Assembly (NCBI RefSeq): GCF_023055435.1
Contig: NW_025964223.1
Coordinates: 248,001-312,000, forward strand
Direction of reading: 5' to 3'
Origin: Haliotis rufescens
Taxonomy: Eukaryota
DNA: 64,000 nt
The notes under the pieces were generated by a model. It did no database searches and was not told the DNA's origin. It saw only the letters and a program-made list of their open reading frames with translations. Position 1 is the first letter of the stretch. Each line of letters begins with the position of its first letter. Position numbers and translations under genes: made by a program. Positions 1-13,718 of this stretch are shown here, piece after piece.

Positions 1-1767
1 TGAACAACCCCCCAAAAAAGAAAACGACACCGCCCTCCTGCACTAGATTTTCAAAAACCATTGCATGAGAACCAATTCTTTTATTTTTTTAAGCCTACCA
101 TTTAAACGTATGAATCTGGAAGTGCCCCTGTATAGTTTGAAGGTAACTGGGTGTTTCGTGCAGCGAGTACTTACCACCAGCTAGGCTCCAGTACCACTTT
201 GTGCTGTACCTCAGCACTAGTATCAACGTCAACCTACACGCCTGTGTTTTGTCAAAACAGAACCCTGCAACAAGCTTCCAGCTGGTCATACCAATCAGAG
301 TTGTCTCCCCTGAACTACACTAAACTTTTGTTGTTCTTGTGCAAGCCAATTTGTGCGACCACTATTACAGACAGTCTTCATCTGATCTTATTTCAGGATG
401 GGAAGTGAGCATTACCTTTTCCAAAGAGATCAGGACTAATGTCAGTTTGAGGCAAGTCTAGGAAATAAGTCTAGAATGTTTTACATGGGCAACAGTGGCA
501 TCGAATACACCAGAAGTCCTTTAGGGGGATAAATTCCTCAGTAGCTGACCATTACAGTAGTTAGTAAAAATAATAAAAGTTTGAAGATTTTCTAATATAT
601 ACAATGTCATGACGACAGAGACACCTATGCAAAGCTATCAAGTTTTTGTCACTTTGGGCAAAATATATGCAAAAGATGGATGCAAAATACGCAGTGTTCA
701 TTTTCAGGGGAGACAATTCTCAGCAGCCTGAATGTGGAGAGGTGGCGGTGCGGCAGTATTCAGTGGTACTACGTCTGCCCCTGGATTCTTGTCACAAGAT
801 TCTCATCAAGGGGATCTGTATGGACGCAGTGATATCAACAGCCTGACTCAAGTGCATCAGGTTGTCAAATTAATATCTAATTTTGAACAGAACCTATTTC
901 TAGGATGTCTGTTTTATATTTACATAATGAATGTTCATGTAGATAGTTCGGACACTGCCTCCATACAGACAAAAGACATAAGGACTCCTAGTATTTGTGT
1001 AAATCACCTGTTAAACTAGACCTCCCACCATCACTACATACATCTCTACGGAACAGATACACAATAGATATATACAGTGATATATACAAAACAGATAGCT
1101 ATATTTTCAGTGAAGATAAATGTTCAAGCGCAGGTTATAAGGAGTTCATAGTTTCTGTATTAATGCTGAACGGGTTAGGTTGAGTTACAAGGATGCATCT
1201 GCATGATAAAATAGCACTGTTTCCAAAACAGAGAAAGCTCTATGTTGTACAGAGAAGCATGCAGAGCTCCAGAAGTTCATGTCACTACTCACTTCAACTA
1301 CACTATCAAGTGGATAAATACATTCAGTAATGGAGTAGAAAGTTTCACTTTTTACAGAATTATTTTTATAGCTATTTGAAACAAAGCACTGAATCTAGTG
1401 CAACTGATCATATTTCCGAAAAGAATTTTATGATGAGATAAATTTAATAGTCTCCAATACAGATAATTTCCATAAAGACATACGATATGCAAGACCTTCC
1501 TGATGACCGAGACTTAAGAGATACTCTCAATTTAAAGCAATATTACAACCATGTCAGGATAAGGGTATCCATCATTAGCCTCACAATATATACATTAGCA
1601 GGGCTAAACATTATCTGTCTAACTAATGCCTAAAACAAATACTAACTGTTACATCATCATCTTATTTTTTCAATGAACCATTAATCAAATGCTTTTACCT
1701 ACAAGTCGTGAAAATGGTTGTTTTTCTCTTGGTAGAAGCAAGAAGTGCAGAGGAAGTGGACTAGAAC

Positions 1768-1796
1768 CAGAGACCATACAATAGATATGGTCTCTG
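1768..1796. mobile_element. 29-bp micro-MITE (CAGAGACCATA...TATGGTCTCTG) with 7-bp TSD
   Basis: 11-bp perfect inverted repeat; flanking CTAGAAC at 1761-1767 and 1797-1803. Confidence 0.65.
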
Positions 1797-3376
1797 CTAG
1801 AACTAAATAAGTGTGACATTTTAAAATGAGAAACAGTATTTTACATGTAAATTGTTCCGCTGGCTATCGTTACTTTCAAGCCCTGTGTGTGACAAGCGAG
1901 TCGCTAGCCTATCTTCCAACCTATGACTGACTGCCACCACTCAAAGGGAGATAACAACTATGATAGAAAGAAGAGAGGAGAGATGTAAGTGATGGGAGGC
2001 CTGGAATAACAGGTGATCCGAATGGTTCAGCCAGACCGGTAATATGCCTCCGTGTCCCCACCCACAGTCGATACAGCGACAGAGGCATGTTACCGGTCTG
2101 GTGGGTCGACAATCTCTTCACTTCCTGGATGCTCGGGGTACCTGGAATGAGACACTTTGAAGCATTCGCTGACATTGTCTGCAAGTACTGGCTTTGCTCT
2201 CTCACGTTACTATAGCTTGCAGTATTCAAACAAATTTCCTTAAACAGATAAACTTTATGTTAACCTCCTCTGAATGTTTTAATAATCCAAGAAGCTGAAC
2301 TAGATCACAATCAGCCTTTTGTCGTTGGTGTCACCAGCACAACCAAACAAATTTCCTCAATGGGCAAACTAGTTTTTTTCACATTATGCATCACCAGCAT
2401 AACCATGTTTAGTATCTGAAGTGATTTGATGTTCTTCCTTTATCAATGAGAGGGAAAATATTTAATATGTCAGACCATGATTAAATCAGAGACACAATAT
2501 CAGGTCAATGGGTTTATTGGATTCCTAAGATCACATTCCTGTTTTTTAAAGCCATAACACCAAATAGACCCAACAATTTGAAAGGAACATGACACTCAAA
2601 CAATATATATCCAAGTTTGTTTAACACAACTAGTTTCTAAATACAAGTTTCAGTGGCCAAATCCTGAAGTACCTGCCTTCCAATGTAGCCAATGACACGT
2701 TCCAGAGTGATACAGCAAAGAGATCTGTTGTCTCGTACAATGATAGTGTCCGAAATAATTGCCTACCATCCTGCCCGTGGCAAGTAACTTTCCTGTTGGG
2801 CTGCATGAAATTTTCCTCCACCTGACTATCTGGCAGATGATTTTACGACTAGTTATGTATTCAGTTTTATTATAATTCCATGTAGATTCTCAAGTAATTT
2901 GACATGATTTGTCTCTTAGTTTTTGCAATTTTTCAATACTTAATAATACTTTAGAAGGTAATTTCGAAGAAGGGCAGGCAACACCCTGGGTCACCTACCC
3001 TACTGACTTGTTGGGTTTTAAAATTATTTCAAACGCTGCAATGATACAATATGGATATGCATCCAGAAATTTCTCAAAATACACACGAACCTACATTACA
3101 TGAGCTATGAATTTAAGTAGTATGTACCACCAGTACATATAATTTAAATCAATATTATCATTAAGGATACAAAAAGGTAGTTTAATTGATATTAAAGATG
3201 ACATTAAAGAAATGTTTTACGTAACTTCAGCTTTGCATTAAATACCTTCAATCAAATTTAACTTAACCCTCCATATGAATTCCTAACTCACATGTTGACG
3301 AAGATGCGACAGTTTAGAGAGCAAAGTCAGTACCAGGCCCAAATGCCATCACAGGTGCATGCCATGGGGGGTGTAC

Positions 3377-3499
3377 CTTCTTAAACCACGCTTGATTTTT
3401 CTTATCTGGTCCCGCGAGCTCCAGCTGGGAGAGAGGCTGTACTCCGGTGCTGCCGGTGAACTGGCCAGGGAGGAACTTGGACTGGGCCCACTGGCTGGA
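3377..3499 (-). CDS. SON: SON exon (SSQWAQSKFLPGQFTGSTGVQPLSQLELAGPDKKNQAWFKK), immediately before the G-patch region
   Basis: PGQFTGSTGVQ...QAW.KK is a SON motif; TCTGTAG| acceptor, AAG|GTACAC donor; 123 nt. Confidence 0.92.
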
Positions 3500-3766
3500 C
3501 TACAGACAAACATACACAGTGTCAGGTATTTCAGGAAGAGAAACTACCATATATGTCTGCAGATAAGCCGAATTTCGAGGACCAGCAAAAAGATTCTGTA
3601 GAAATGGGTCGGCTTATCCACGGGATACACTTTCATGAGATCTTTGTTTAGCGGTAACAAAAACTAAGATCTGATATTAATGAGAGATTGGGGGGACAGG
3701 TATTCAGCTGTGACCAGTGATTGTGTGTCATGTTCGTTCAGCGTGGATCACTGCTCCAGCCACTGG

Positions 3767-5389
3767 TATGTTACACTTCCATGTTACACTTCCATGTTAC
3801 ACTTCCATGTTACACTTCCATGTTACACCATGTTACACTTCCATGTTACACCATGTTACACTTCCATGTTACACTTCCATGTTACACTTCAATGTTACAC
3901 TTCCATGTTACACCATGTTACACTTCCATGTTACACTTCCATGTTACACTTCCTTACACTTCCTTACACTTCCATGTTACACTTCCATGTTACACTTCCA
4001 TGTTACACTTCCTTACACTTCCATGTTACACTTCCATGTTACACTTCCATGTTACACTTCCTTACACTTCCATGTTACACTTCCTTACACTTCCATGTTA
4101 CACTTCCATGTTACACTTCCTTACACTTCCATGTTACACTTCCATGTTACACTTCCATGTTACACTTCCTTACACTTCCATGTTACACTTCCATGTTACA
4201 CTTCCTTACACTTCCATGTTACACTTCCATGTTACACTTCCATGTTACACTTCCTTACACTTCCATGTTACACTTCCATGTTACACTTCCATGTTACACT
4301 TCCTTACACTTCCATGTTACACTTCCATGTTACACTTCCATGTTACACTTCCTTACACTTCCATGTTACACTTCCATGTTACACTTCCATGTTACACTTC
4401 CATGTTACACTTCCATGTTACACTTCCTTACACTTCCATGTTACACTTCCATGTTACACTTCCATGTTACACTTCCATGTTACACTTCCTTACACTTCCA
4501 TGTTACACTTCAATGTTACACTTCCATGTTACACTTCCTTACACTTCCATGTTACACTTCCATGTTACACTTCCTTACACTTCCATGTTACACTTCCATG
4601 TTACACTTCCTTACACTTCCATGTTACACTTCCATGTTACACTTCCATGTTACACTTCCTTACACTTCCATGTTACACTTCCATGTTACACTTCCTTACA
4701 CTTCCATGTTACACTTCCATGTTACACTTCCATGTTACACTTCCTTACACTTCCTTACACTTCCATGTTACACTTCCATGTTACACTTCCATGTTACACT
4801 TCCTTACACTTCCATGTTACACTTCCTTACACTTCCATGTTACACTTCCATGTTACACTTCCATGTTACACTTCCATGTTACACTTCCTTACACTTCCAT
4901 GTTACACTTCCTTACACTTCCATGTTACACTTCCTTACACTTCCATGTTACACTTCCATGTTACACTTCCATGTTACACTTCCTTACACTTCCATGTTAC
5001 ACTTCCATGTTACACTTCCTTACACTTCCATGTTACACTTCCATGTTACACTTCCTTACACTTCCATGTTACACTTCCATGTTACACTTCCATGTTACAC
5101 TTCCTTACACTTCCATGTTACACTTCCTTACACTTCCATGTTACACTTCCATGTTACACTTCCATGTTACACTTCCATGTTACACTTCCTTGTTACACTT
5201 CCATGTTACACTTCCATGTTACACTTCCTTACACTTCCATGTTACACTTCCATGTTACACTTCCATGTTACACTTCCATGTTACACTTCCATGTTACACT
5301 TCCTTACACTTCCATGTTACACTTCCTTACACTTCCTTACACTTCCTGACACTTCCATGTTACACTTCCATGTTACACTTCCATGTTAC
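3767..5389. repeat. Minisatellite, 13-bp unit TGTTACACTTCCA interspersed with 10-bp TTACACTTCC variants
   Basis: Direct reading; accounts for the three spurious 540-580 aa ORFs. Confidence 0.98.
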
Positions 5390-5699
5390 AAACAGGTCGT
5401 AAGAGGCGACTGACAGGATCGGGTGGTCAGGCTCGCTGACTTGATTGATGCATGTCATTGTATCCCAATGGCGTAGATTGATGCTTATATCAAACACTGG
5501 ATTGTCTGGTCCAGACTCAATTATTTACAGACCGCCGTCATATAGCTAGAATATTGCCGAGTGTGGCGTTAAACAACAAACAAACAAACAATCTAAGCTA
5601 ATTAGTAACACAGAAACACGCATACATAGGATGTTACAGTCTCAGTTGTCATGGATGTAAGGAAACTGATCATGAAATAAGTTTTCCATTTTTATTCAC

Positions 5700-5810
5700 C
5701 TTCTCCTGGGCTTTGTGCATAGAGCAGAGGGCCTGGACGTCGTACGGGTTTTCTGTGAGCTTCCGCACCAGGGATAGCCTCTCCGACACGATAGCACCGA
5801 TGTCAATGGG
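5700..5810 (-). CDS. SON: SON exon (PIDIGAIVSERLSLVRKLTENPYDVQALCSMHKAQEK)
   Basis: Matches SON PVDISTAMSERALAQKRLSENAFDLEAM...AQER; TTTCAG| acceptor, AAG|GTGAAT donor; 111 nt. Confidence 0.92.
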
Positions 5811-6236
5811 CTGAAATGTAACCATGGAAACACTTGCCTCTTTATTCTGGAAACCATGTTTGATAACAGCACCAGCACATGTATTATTACAGGTGACCTG
5901 TCATGAGTGAGTGAGTTGGGTTAAACGTTGCTTTGAACAGTATTCCAGTTATATCACGGCGTGTCAGGTTCATCTGGGGGGAAAGCCAGAAGTCTCAGAC
6001 ATTTGTCACTTCGGTGAAACCCACAAGCACAGGTATTGTGCTGACAAACCTAGAAACATAATCGGGGCGAACCCATGCGACTATGCTTGTTGTAAGAGGC
6101 AACTAATGTGATCGGGTGGTCATGCTCGCTGACTTGGTTGATGCATGTCATCGTATTGTCAATTGCATGGATTGATGCTCATGATGTCAATCACTTGACT
6201 GTCTGGTCCACACTCGATTATTAACAGACCTGTGTC

Positions 6237-9200
6237 TTTTTTCACAACAATGTTCAGCCTACCTCTGCAGGGGGGTCGGGGAAGACTTTAACCCTTCTAC
6301 CCTCCCTAAGCCATCTTATCTATTTTCACAACAATGTTCAGCCTACCTCTGCAGGGGGGTCGGGGAAGACTTTAACCCTTCTACCCTCCCTAAGCCATCT
6401 TATCTATTTTCACAACACTGTTCAGCCTACCTCTGCAGGGGGGTCGGGGAAGACTTTTACCCTTCTATCCTCCCTAAGCCATCTTATCTATTTTCACAAC
6501 ACTGTTCAGCCTACCTCTGCAGGGGGGTCAGGGAAGACTTTAACCCTTCTACCCTCCCTAAGTCATCATATCTATTTTCACAACACTGTTCAGCCTACCT
6601 CTGCAGGGGGGTCAGGGAAGACTTTAACCCTTCTACCCTCCCTAAGTCATCATATCTATTTTCACAACAATGTTCAGCCTACCTCTGCGGGGGGGTCGGG
6701 GAAGACTTTAACCCTTCTACCCTCCCTAAGTCATCATATCTATTTTCACAACACTGTTCAGCCTACCTCTGCGGGGGGGTCGGGGAAGACTTTAACCCTT
6801 CTACCCTCCCTAAGTCATCATATCTATTTTCACAACAATGTTCAGCCTACCTCTGCAGGGGGGTCAGGGAAGACTTTAACCCTTCTACCCTCCCTAAGTC
6901 ATCATATCTATTTTCACAACACTGTTCAGCCTACCTCTGCGGGGGGGTCGGGGAAGACTTTAACCCTTCTACCCTCCCTAAGTCATCATATCTATTTTCA
7001 CAACAATGTTCAGCCTACCTCTGCAGGGGGGTCAGGGAAGACTTTAACCCTTCTACCCTCCCTAAGTCATCATATCTATTTTCACAACAATGTTCAGCCT
7101 ACCTCTGCAGGGGGGTCGGGGAAGACTTTATCCCTTCTACCCTCCCTAAGTCATCATATCTATTTTCACAACAATGTTCAGCCTACCTCTGCAGGGGGGT
7201 CGGGGAAGACTTTATCCCTTCTACCCTCCCTAAGTCATCATATCTATTTTCACAACAATGTTCAGCCTACCTCTGCAGGGGGGTCGGGGAAGACTTTATC
7301 CCTTCTACCCTCCCTAAGTCATCTTATCTATTTTCACAACAATGTTCAGCCTACCTCTGCTGGGGGTCGGGGAAGACTTTAACCCTTCTACCCTCCCTAA
7401 GTCATCTTATCTATTTTCACAACAATGTTCAGCCTACCTCTGCAGGGGGGTCGGGGAAGACTTTAACCCTTCTACCCTCCCTAAGTCATCTTATCTATTT
7501 TCACAACAATGTTCAGCCTACCTCTGCAGGGGGGTCGGGGAAGACTTTAACCCTTCTACCCTCCCTAAGTCATCTTATCTATTTTCACAACAATGTTCAG
7601 CCTACCTCTGCAGGGGGGTCGGGGAAGACTTTAACCTTCTACCCTCCCTAAGTCATCTTATCTATTTTCACAACAATGTTCAGCCTACCTCTGCAGGGGG
7701 GTCGGGGAAGACTTTAACCTTCTACCCTCCCTAAGTCATCTTATCTATTTTCACAACACTGTTCAGCCTACCTCTGCAGGGGGGTCGGGGAAGACTTTAA
7801 CCCTTCTACCCTCCCTAAGTCATCATATCTATTTTCACAACACTGTTCAGCCTACCTCTGCAGGGGGGTCAGGGAAGACTTTATCCCTTCTACCCTCCCT
7901 AAGTCATCATATCTATTTTCACAACACTGTTCAGCCTACCTCTGCAGGGGGGTCGGGGAAGACTTTATCCCTTCTACCCTCACTAAGTCATCATATCTAT
8001 TTTCACAACACTGTTCAGCCTACCTCTGCAGGGGGGTCAGGGAAGACTTTAACCCTTCTACCCTCCCTAAGTCATCATATCTATTTTCACAACACTGTTC
8101 AGCCTACCTCTGCGGGGGGGTCGGGGAAGACTTTAACCCTTCTACCCTCCCTAAGTCATCATATCTATTTTCACAACACTGTTCAGCCTACCTCTGCGGG
8201 GGGGTCGGGGAAGACTTTAACCCTTCTACCCTCCCTAAGTCATCATATCTATTTTCACAACAATGTTCAGCCTACCTCTGCAGGGGGGTCAGGGAAGACT
8301 TTAACCCTTCTACCCTCCCTAAGTCATCATATCTATTTTCACAACACTGTTCAGCCTACCTCTGCGGGGGGGTCGGGGAAGACTTTAACCCTTCTACCCT
8401 CCCTAAGTCATCATATCTATTTTCACAACAATGTTCAGCCTACCTCTGCAGGGGGGTCAGGGAAGACTTTAACCCTTCTACCCTCCCTAAGTCATCATAT
8501 CTATTTTCACAACACTGTTCAGCCTACCTCTGCGGGGGGGTCGGGGAAGACTTTAACCCTTCTACCCTCCCTAAGTCATCATATCTATTTTCACAACAAT
8601 GTTCAGCCTACCTCTGCAGGGGGGTCAGGGAAGACTTTAACCCTTCTACCCTCCCTAAGTCATCATATCTATTTTCACAACAATGTTCAGCCTACCTCTG
8701 CAGGGGGGTCGGGGAAGACTTTATCCCTTCTACCCTCCCTAAGTCATCATATCTATTTTCACAACAATGTTCAGCCTACCTCTGCAGGGGGGTCGGGGAA
8801 GACTTTATCCCTTCTACCCTCCCTAAGTCATCATATCTATTTTCACAACAATGTTCAGCCTACCTCTGCAGGGGGGTCGGGGAAGACTTTATCCCTTCTA
8901 CCCTCCCTAAGTCATCTTATCTATTTTCACAACAATGTTCAGCCTACCTCTGCTGGGGGTCGGGGAAGACTTTAACCCTTCTACCCTCCCTAAGTCATCT
9001 TATCTATTTTCACAACAATGTTCAGCCTACCTCTGCAGGGGGGTCGGGGAAGACTTTAACCCTTCTACCCTCCCTAAGTCATCTTATCTATTTTCACAAC
9101 AATGTTCAGCCTACCTCTGCAGGGGGGTCGGGGAAGACTTTAACCCTTCTACCCTCCCTAAGTCATCTTATCTATTTTCACAACAATGTTCAGCCTACCT

Positions 9201-11826
9201 CTGCAGGGGGGTCGGGGAAGACTTTAACCTTCTACCCTCCCTAAGTCATCTTATCTATTTTCACAACAATGTTCAGCCTACCTCTGCAGGGGGGTCGGGG
9301 AAGACTTTAACCTTCTACCCTCCCTAAGTCATCTTATCTATTTTCACAACACTGTTCAGCCTACCTCTGCAGGGGGGTCGGGGAAGACTTTAACCCTTCT
9401 ACCCTCCCTAAGTCATCATATCTATTTTCACAACACTGTTCAGCCTACCTCTGCAGGGGGGTCAGGGAAGACTTTATCCCTTCTACCCTCCCTAAGTCAT
9501 CATATCTATTTTCACAACACTGTTCAGCCTACCTCTGCAGGGGGGTCGGGGAAGACTTTATCCCTTCTACCCTCACTAAGTCATCATATCTATTTTCACA
9601 ACACTGTTCAGCCTACCTCTGCAGGGGGGTCAGGGAAGACTTTATCCCTTCTACCCTCCCTAAGTCATCATATCTATTTTCACAACACTGTTCAGCCTAC
9701 CTCTGCAGGGGGGTCAGGGAAGACTTTAACCCTTCTACCCTCCCTAAGTCATCATATCTATTTTCACAACAATGTTCAGCCTACCTCTGCGGGGGGGTCG
9801 GGGAAGACTTTAACCCTTCTACCCTCCCTAAGTCATCATATCTATTTTCACAACACTGTTCAGCCTACCTCTGCGGGGGGGTCGGGGAAGACTTTAACCC
9901 TTCTACCCTCCCTAAGTCATCATATCTATTTTCACAACAATGTTCAGCCTACCTCTGCAGGGGGGTCAGGGAAGACTTTAACCCTTCTACCCTCCCTAAG
10001 TCATCATATCTATTTTCACAACACTGTTCAGCCTACCTCTGCGGGGGGGTCGGGGAAGACTTTAACCCTTCTACCCTCCCTAAGTCATCATATCTATTTT
10101 CACAACACTGTTCAGCCTACCTCTGCAGGGGGGTCAGGGAAGACTTTAACCCTTCTACCCTCCCTAAGTCATCATATCTATTTTCACAACAATGTTCAGC
10201 CTACCTCTGCAGGGGGGTCGGGGAAGACTTTATCCCTTCTACCCTCCCTAAGTCATCATATCTATTTTCACAACAATGTTCAGCCTACCTCTGCAGGGGG
10301 GTCGGGGAAGACTTTATCCCTTCTACCCTCCCTAAGTCATCATATCTATTTTCACAACAATGTTCAGCCTACCTCTGCAGGGGGGTCGGGGAAGACTTTA
10401 TCCCTTCTACCCTCCCTAAGTCATCATATCTATTTTCACAACAATGTTCAGCCTACCTCTGCAGGGGGGTCGGGGAAGACTTTATCCCTTCTACCCTCCC
10501 TAAGTCATCATATCTATTTTCACAACAATGTTCAGCCTACCTCTGCAGGGGGGTCGGGGAAGACTTTATCCCTTCTACCCTCCCTAAGTCATCATATCTA
10601 TTTTCACAACAATGTTCAGCCTACCTCTGCAGGGGGGTCGGGGAAGACTTTAACCCTTCTACCCTCCCTAAGTCATCATATCTATTTTCACAACAATGTT
10701 CAGCCTACCTCTGCAGGGGGGTCGGGGAAGACTTTATCCCTTCTACCCTCCCTAAGTCATCATATCTATTTTCACAACAATGTTCAGCCTACCTCTGCAG
10801 GGGGGTCGGGGAAGACTTTAACCCTTCTACCCTCCCTAAGTCATCATATCTATTTTGACAACACTGTTCAGCCTACCTCTGCAGGGGGGTCGGGGAAGAC
10901 TTTAACCCTTCTACCCTCCCTAAGTCATCATATCTATTTTGACAACACTGTTCAGCCTACCTCTGCAGGGGGGTCAGGGAAGACTTTAACCCTTCTACCC
11001 TCCCTAAGTCATCATATCTATTTTGACAACAATGTTCAGCCTACCTCTGCAGGGGGGTCGGGGAAGACTTGAACCCTTCTACCCTCCCTAAGTCATCATA
11101 TCTATTTTGACAACACTGTTCAGCCTACCTCTGCAGGGGGGTCGGGGAAGACTTTATCCCTTCTACCCTCCCTAAGTCATCATATCTATTTTGACAACAC
11201 TGTTCAGCCTACCTCTGCAGGGGGGTCAGGGAAGACTTTAACCCTTCTACCCTCCCTAAGTCATCATATCTATTTTGACAACACTGTTCAGCCTACCTCT
11301 GCAGGGGGGTCGGGGAAGACTTTAACCCTTCTACCCTCCCTAAGTCATCATATCTATTTTGACAACACTGTTCAGCCTACCTCTGCAGGGGGGTCGGGGA
11401 AGACTTTAACCCTTCTACCCTCCCTAAGTCATCATATCTATTTTGACAACACTGTTCAGCCTACCTCTGCAGGGGGGTCAGGGAAGACTTTATCCCTTCT
11501 ACCCTCCCTAAGTCATCATATCTATTTTGACAACACTGTTCAGCCTACCTCTGCAGGGGGGTCAGGGAAGACTTTAACCCTTCTACCCTCCCTAAGTCAT
11601 ATCTATTTTCACAACACTGTTCAGCCTACCTCTGCAGGGGGGTCAGGGAAGACTTTAACCCTTCTACCCTCCCTAAGTCATCATATCTATTTTCACAACA
11701 ATGTTCAGCCTACCTCTGCAGGGGGGTCGGGGAAGACTTTAACCTTCTACCCTCCCTAAGTCATCATATCTATTTTCACAACAATGTTCAGCCTACCTCT
11801 GCGGGGGGGTCAGGGAAGACTTTATC
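6237..11826. repeat. 84-bp tandem array (about 66 copies); the unit spans the SON exon end and its 5' splice site
   Basis: Period 84 (6241, 6325, ... 6661); the last unit is continuous with the exon at 11797-11826. Confidence 0.97.
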
Positions 11827-12111
11827 CTCCTGGGGTACACACAGTGGTACACTCACAGCAGCTGTCTGGGCCACGGCCTGAGCTGCTGTTGTATGAGTCA
11901 CCACAGTTGCTGCTGCTGCTGCTGTTGTTGCCACCACAGGTGTAATGGTTGCAATGGTTGTCGTGACGGGGGCTGTTGTCTTCTCCACCGGCACCCACTG
12001 GTCCTCCTTGGCGCGGTGCTGGCTGCCGCTGGAGACCGGGAACTGGAGGCGAAGCTGGGCACACTGGGTCGCCTTGGCCTGAGGGGTGAGCACTGGCAGC
12101 TGCTTCGAGTT
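11797..12111 (-). CDS. SON: SON exon (NSKQLPVLTP...LQFPVSSGSQHRAKEDQWVPVEK...DKVFPDPPAE)
   Basis: FPVSSGSQHR and WVPVEK are SON signature motifs; CCCGCAG| acceptor, GAG|GTAGGC donor; 315 nt, phase 0 to 0. Confidence 0.93.
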
Positions 12112-12142
12112 CTGCGGGCAAACAGACGACCACCTGACTTAT

Positions 12143-12579
12143 ACAGGGAGATATACCACCTCCATACTGACAGAGATATATACCTCCTCTGTACTGACAC
12201 AGGGAGACATACCACCTCGGAACTGACACAGGGAGATATACCAACTCGGTTCTGACACAAGGATATATATACCACCTCTGTACTGACACAGGGAGATATA
12301 CCAACTCGGTTCTGACACAAGGATATATATACCACCTCTGTACTGACACAGGGAGATATACCACGTCCATACTGACACAGGGAGATATACCACCTCCGTA
12401 CAAACACAGGGAGATATACCACCTCCGCACAGACACAGAGAGATATACCACCTTCGTACTGACAGAGGGAGATATACCACCTCCGTACTGACACAGGGAG
12501 ATATACCACCTCTGTACTGACACAGGGAGATATACCACCTCTGTACTGACACAGGGAGATATACCACCTCTGTACTGAC
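12143..12579. repeat. 29-bp minisatellite (GTACTGACACAGGGAGATATACCACCTCT), left part
   Basis: Direct reading; the array resumes at 13719 after an insertion. Confidence 0.95.
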
Positions 12580-13718
12580 CAGGGGTCCGGAAAATTTAAA
12601 ATCCCAATCGGACATTTGCATTTAGGCCATGCCCCCTTCAAATAGCGTATTTGAGTACGACTTTTCACACACATTACAAGTTTACGTATTCATAATATGA
12701 TGAATTATGAATTGTTTCAATTTAAATTGTTTAATTCACCGGACAATTAATAACAAATAATATCATTTTAGATTTACATGGAAAACATACGTTTGTTTCT
12801 TTTATAATAACGATCTGTTAACGTAGTGAACGGTCTAATTAATATTCATGAGTTATATTCATGAGTCTTCTCAAGTGTACGCGTTGTAACATTTGGATCG
12901 AGACTATTATCCCATATTTGGTTATCACGTGACCTCATGGGAATTTTTTTTTTTAAACTAAAGATTTTTTTAAAAACAAGACAGATAATTTAATCACAAA
13001 TACAAAAATATCGTTGATAGCAATAGTTATTTGAATACTTTTTTCATCTGTACTTATTTATTGACCATAAAAAAATTGGATATCGATCGTCCGAGAAAGC
13101 AAAATGGCGGTCAATCAAGATTCAATATACGACTAGCTACTGAAAACAATAAAATCTGCAAATCCTCATTGTATGTCAATCAAGTGAAAGTCGTTAGCCA
13201 CGACTTACAAAATGATCGTCCAGACTTTGAGGGTTTGGCAGATCCGCTCGACTGATCTACATCGGTCGACTGGCTGTCGTCACGCTTTCGCTTCTTGTCT
13301 GAGGTTACGTATCGTAGCATTGTGAGGATAATGAGGTACATCGATGATGCAAGGTATTAATGTACAGTTGTAAACACCTTTCACTCAAATTAACAAGATG
13401 TTCTCAGTAATTAATCCTCGATTAATCAGTGTCAACTCAGTTTATTGCCTATTACAGTGATTGACCGATTGGACTATCATGTAGGTACGATGTATTTACA
13501 GCAATCAAAACAAACAAAGCTTGTCAGTGTAGTTAATCGTCATTGTGTTGCAACTGCAGACAGAAACTGCTCAGTCCTAACTGTTGATCATGTCCGGTCA
13601 AAATTTAAGAATGTCCGGACAATACTTTTTAAAATGTCCGGTAAGCAATATTTTAAAACGGACATTTGAGATTCCCAATCGGACATGTCCGGCGCATATG
13701 ACGGTTTCCGGACCCCTG
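12580..13718. mobile_element. Non-autonomous hAT-type DNA transposon (1139 bp) inserted into the 29-bp array
   Basis: Perfect 14-bp TIRs CAGGGGTCCGGAAA / TTTCCGGACCCCTG; 8-bp TSD GTACTGAC at 12572-12579 and 13719-13726; no transposase ORF. Confidence 0.88.

Noticed and set aside
2745-2838. Inverted similarity with 58635-58731
   Set aside because: Most likely fragments of a dispersed transposon; no ends or TSD could be defined and no function is supported
1-3376. Expected SON G-patch/dsRBM exons
   Set aside because: No matching translation found; they are presumed to lie beyond the left edge of the window
3680-5413. Three overlapping 540-580 aa ORFs
   Set aside because: Translations of a stop-free 13/10-bp minisatellite, open in all three frames and antisense within a SON intron
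7342-9327. Two identical 130-aa ORFs
   Set aside because: Products of the 84-bp array, with no independent gene features
6237-11826. CRISPR-like appearance of the regular arrays (also 42233-45103 and 46288-47105)
   Set aside because: Head-to-tail units with no unique spacers, no cas genes, and a eukaryotic intron context
11822-12674. 238, 258 and 160 aa minus-strand ORFs
   Set aside because: Satellite read-through or wrong frames; only 11797-12111 in the FPVSSGSQHR frame matches SON
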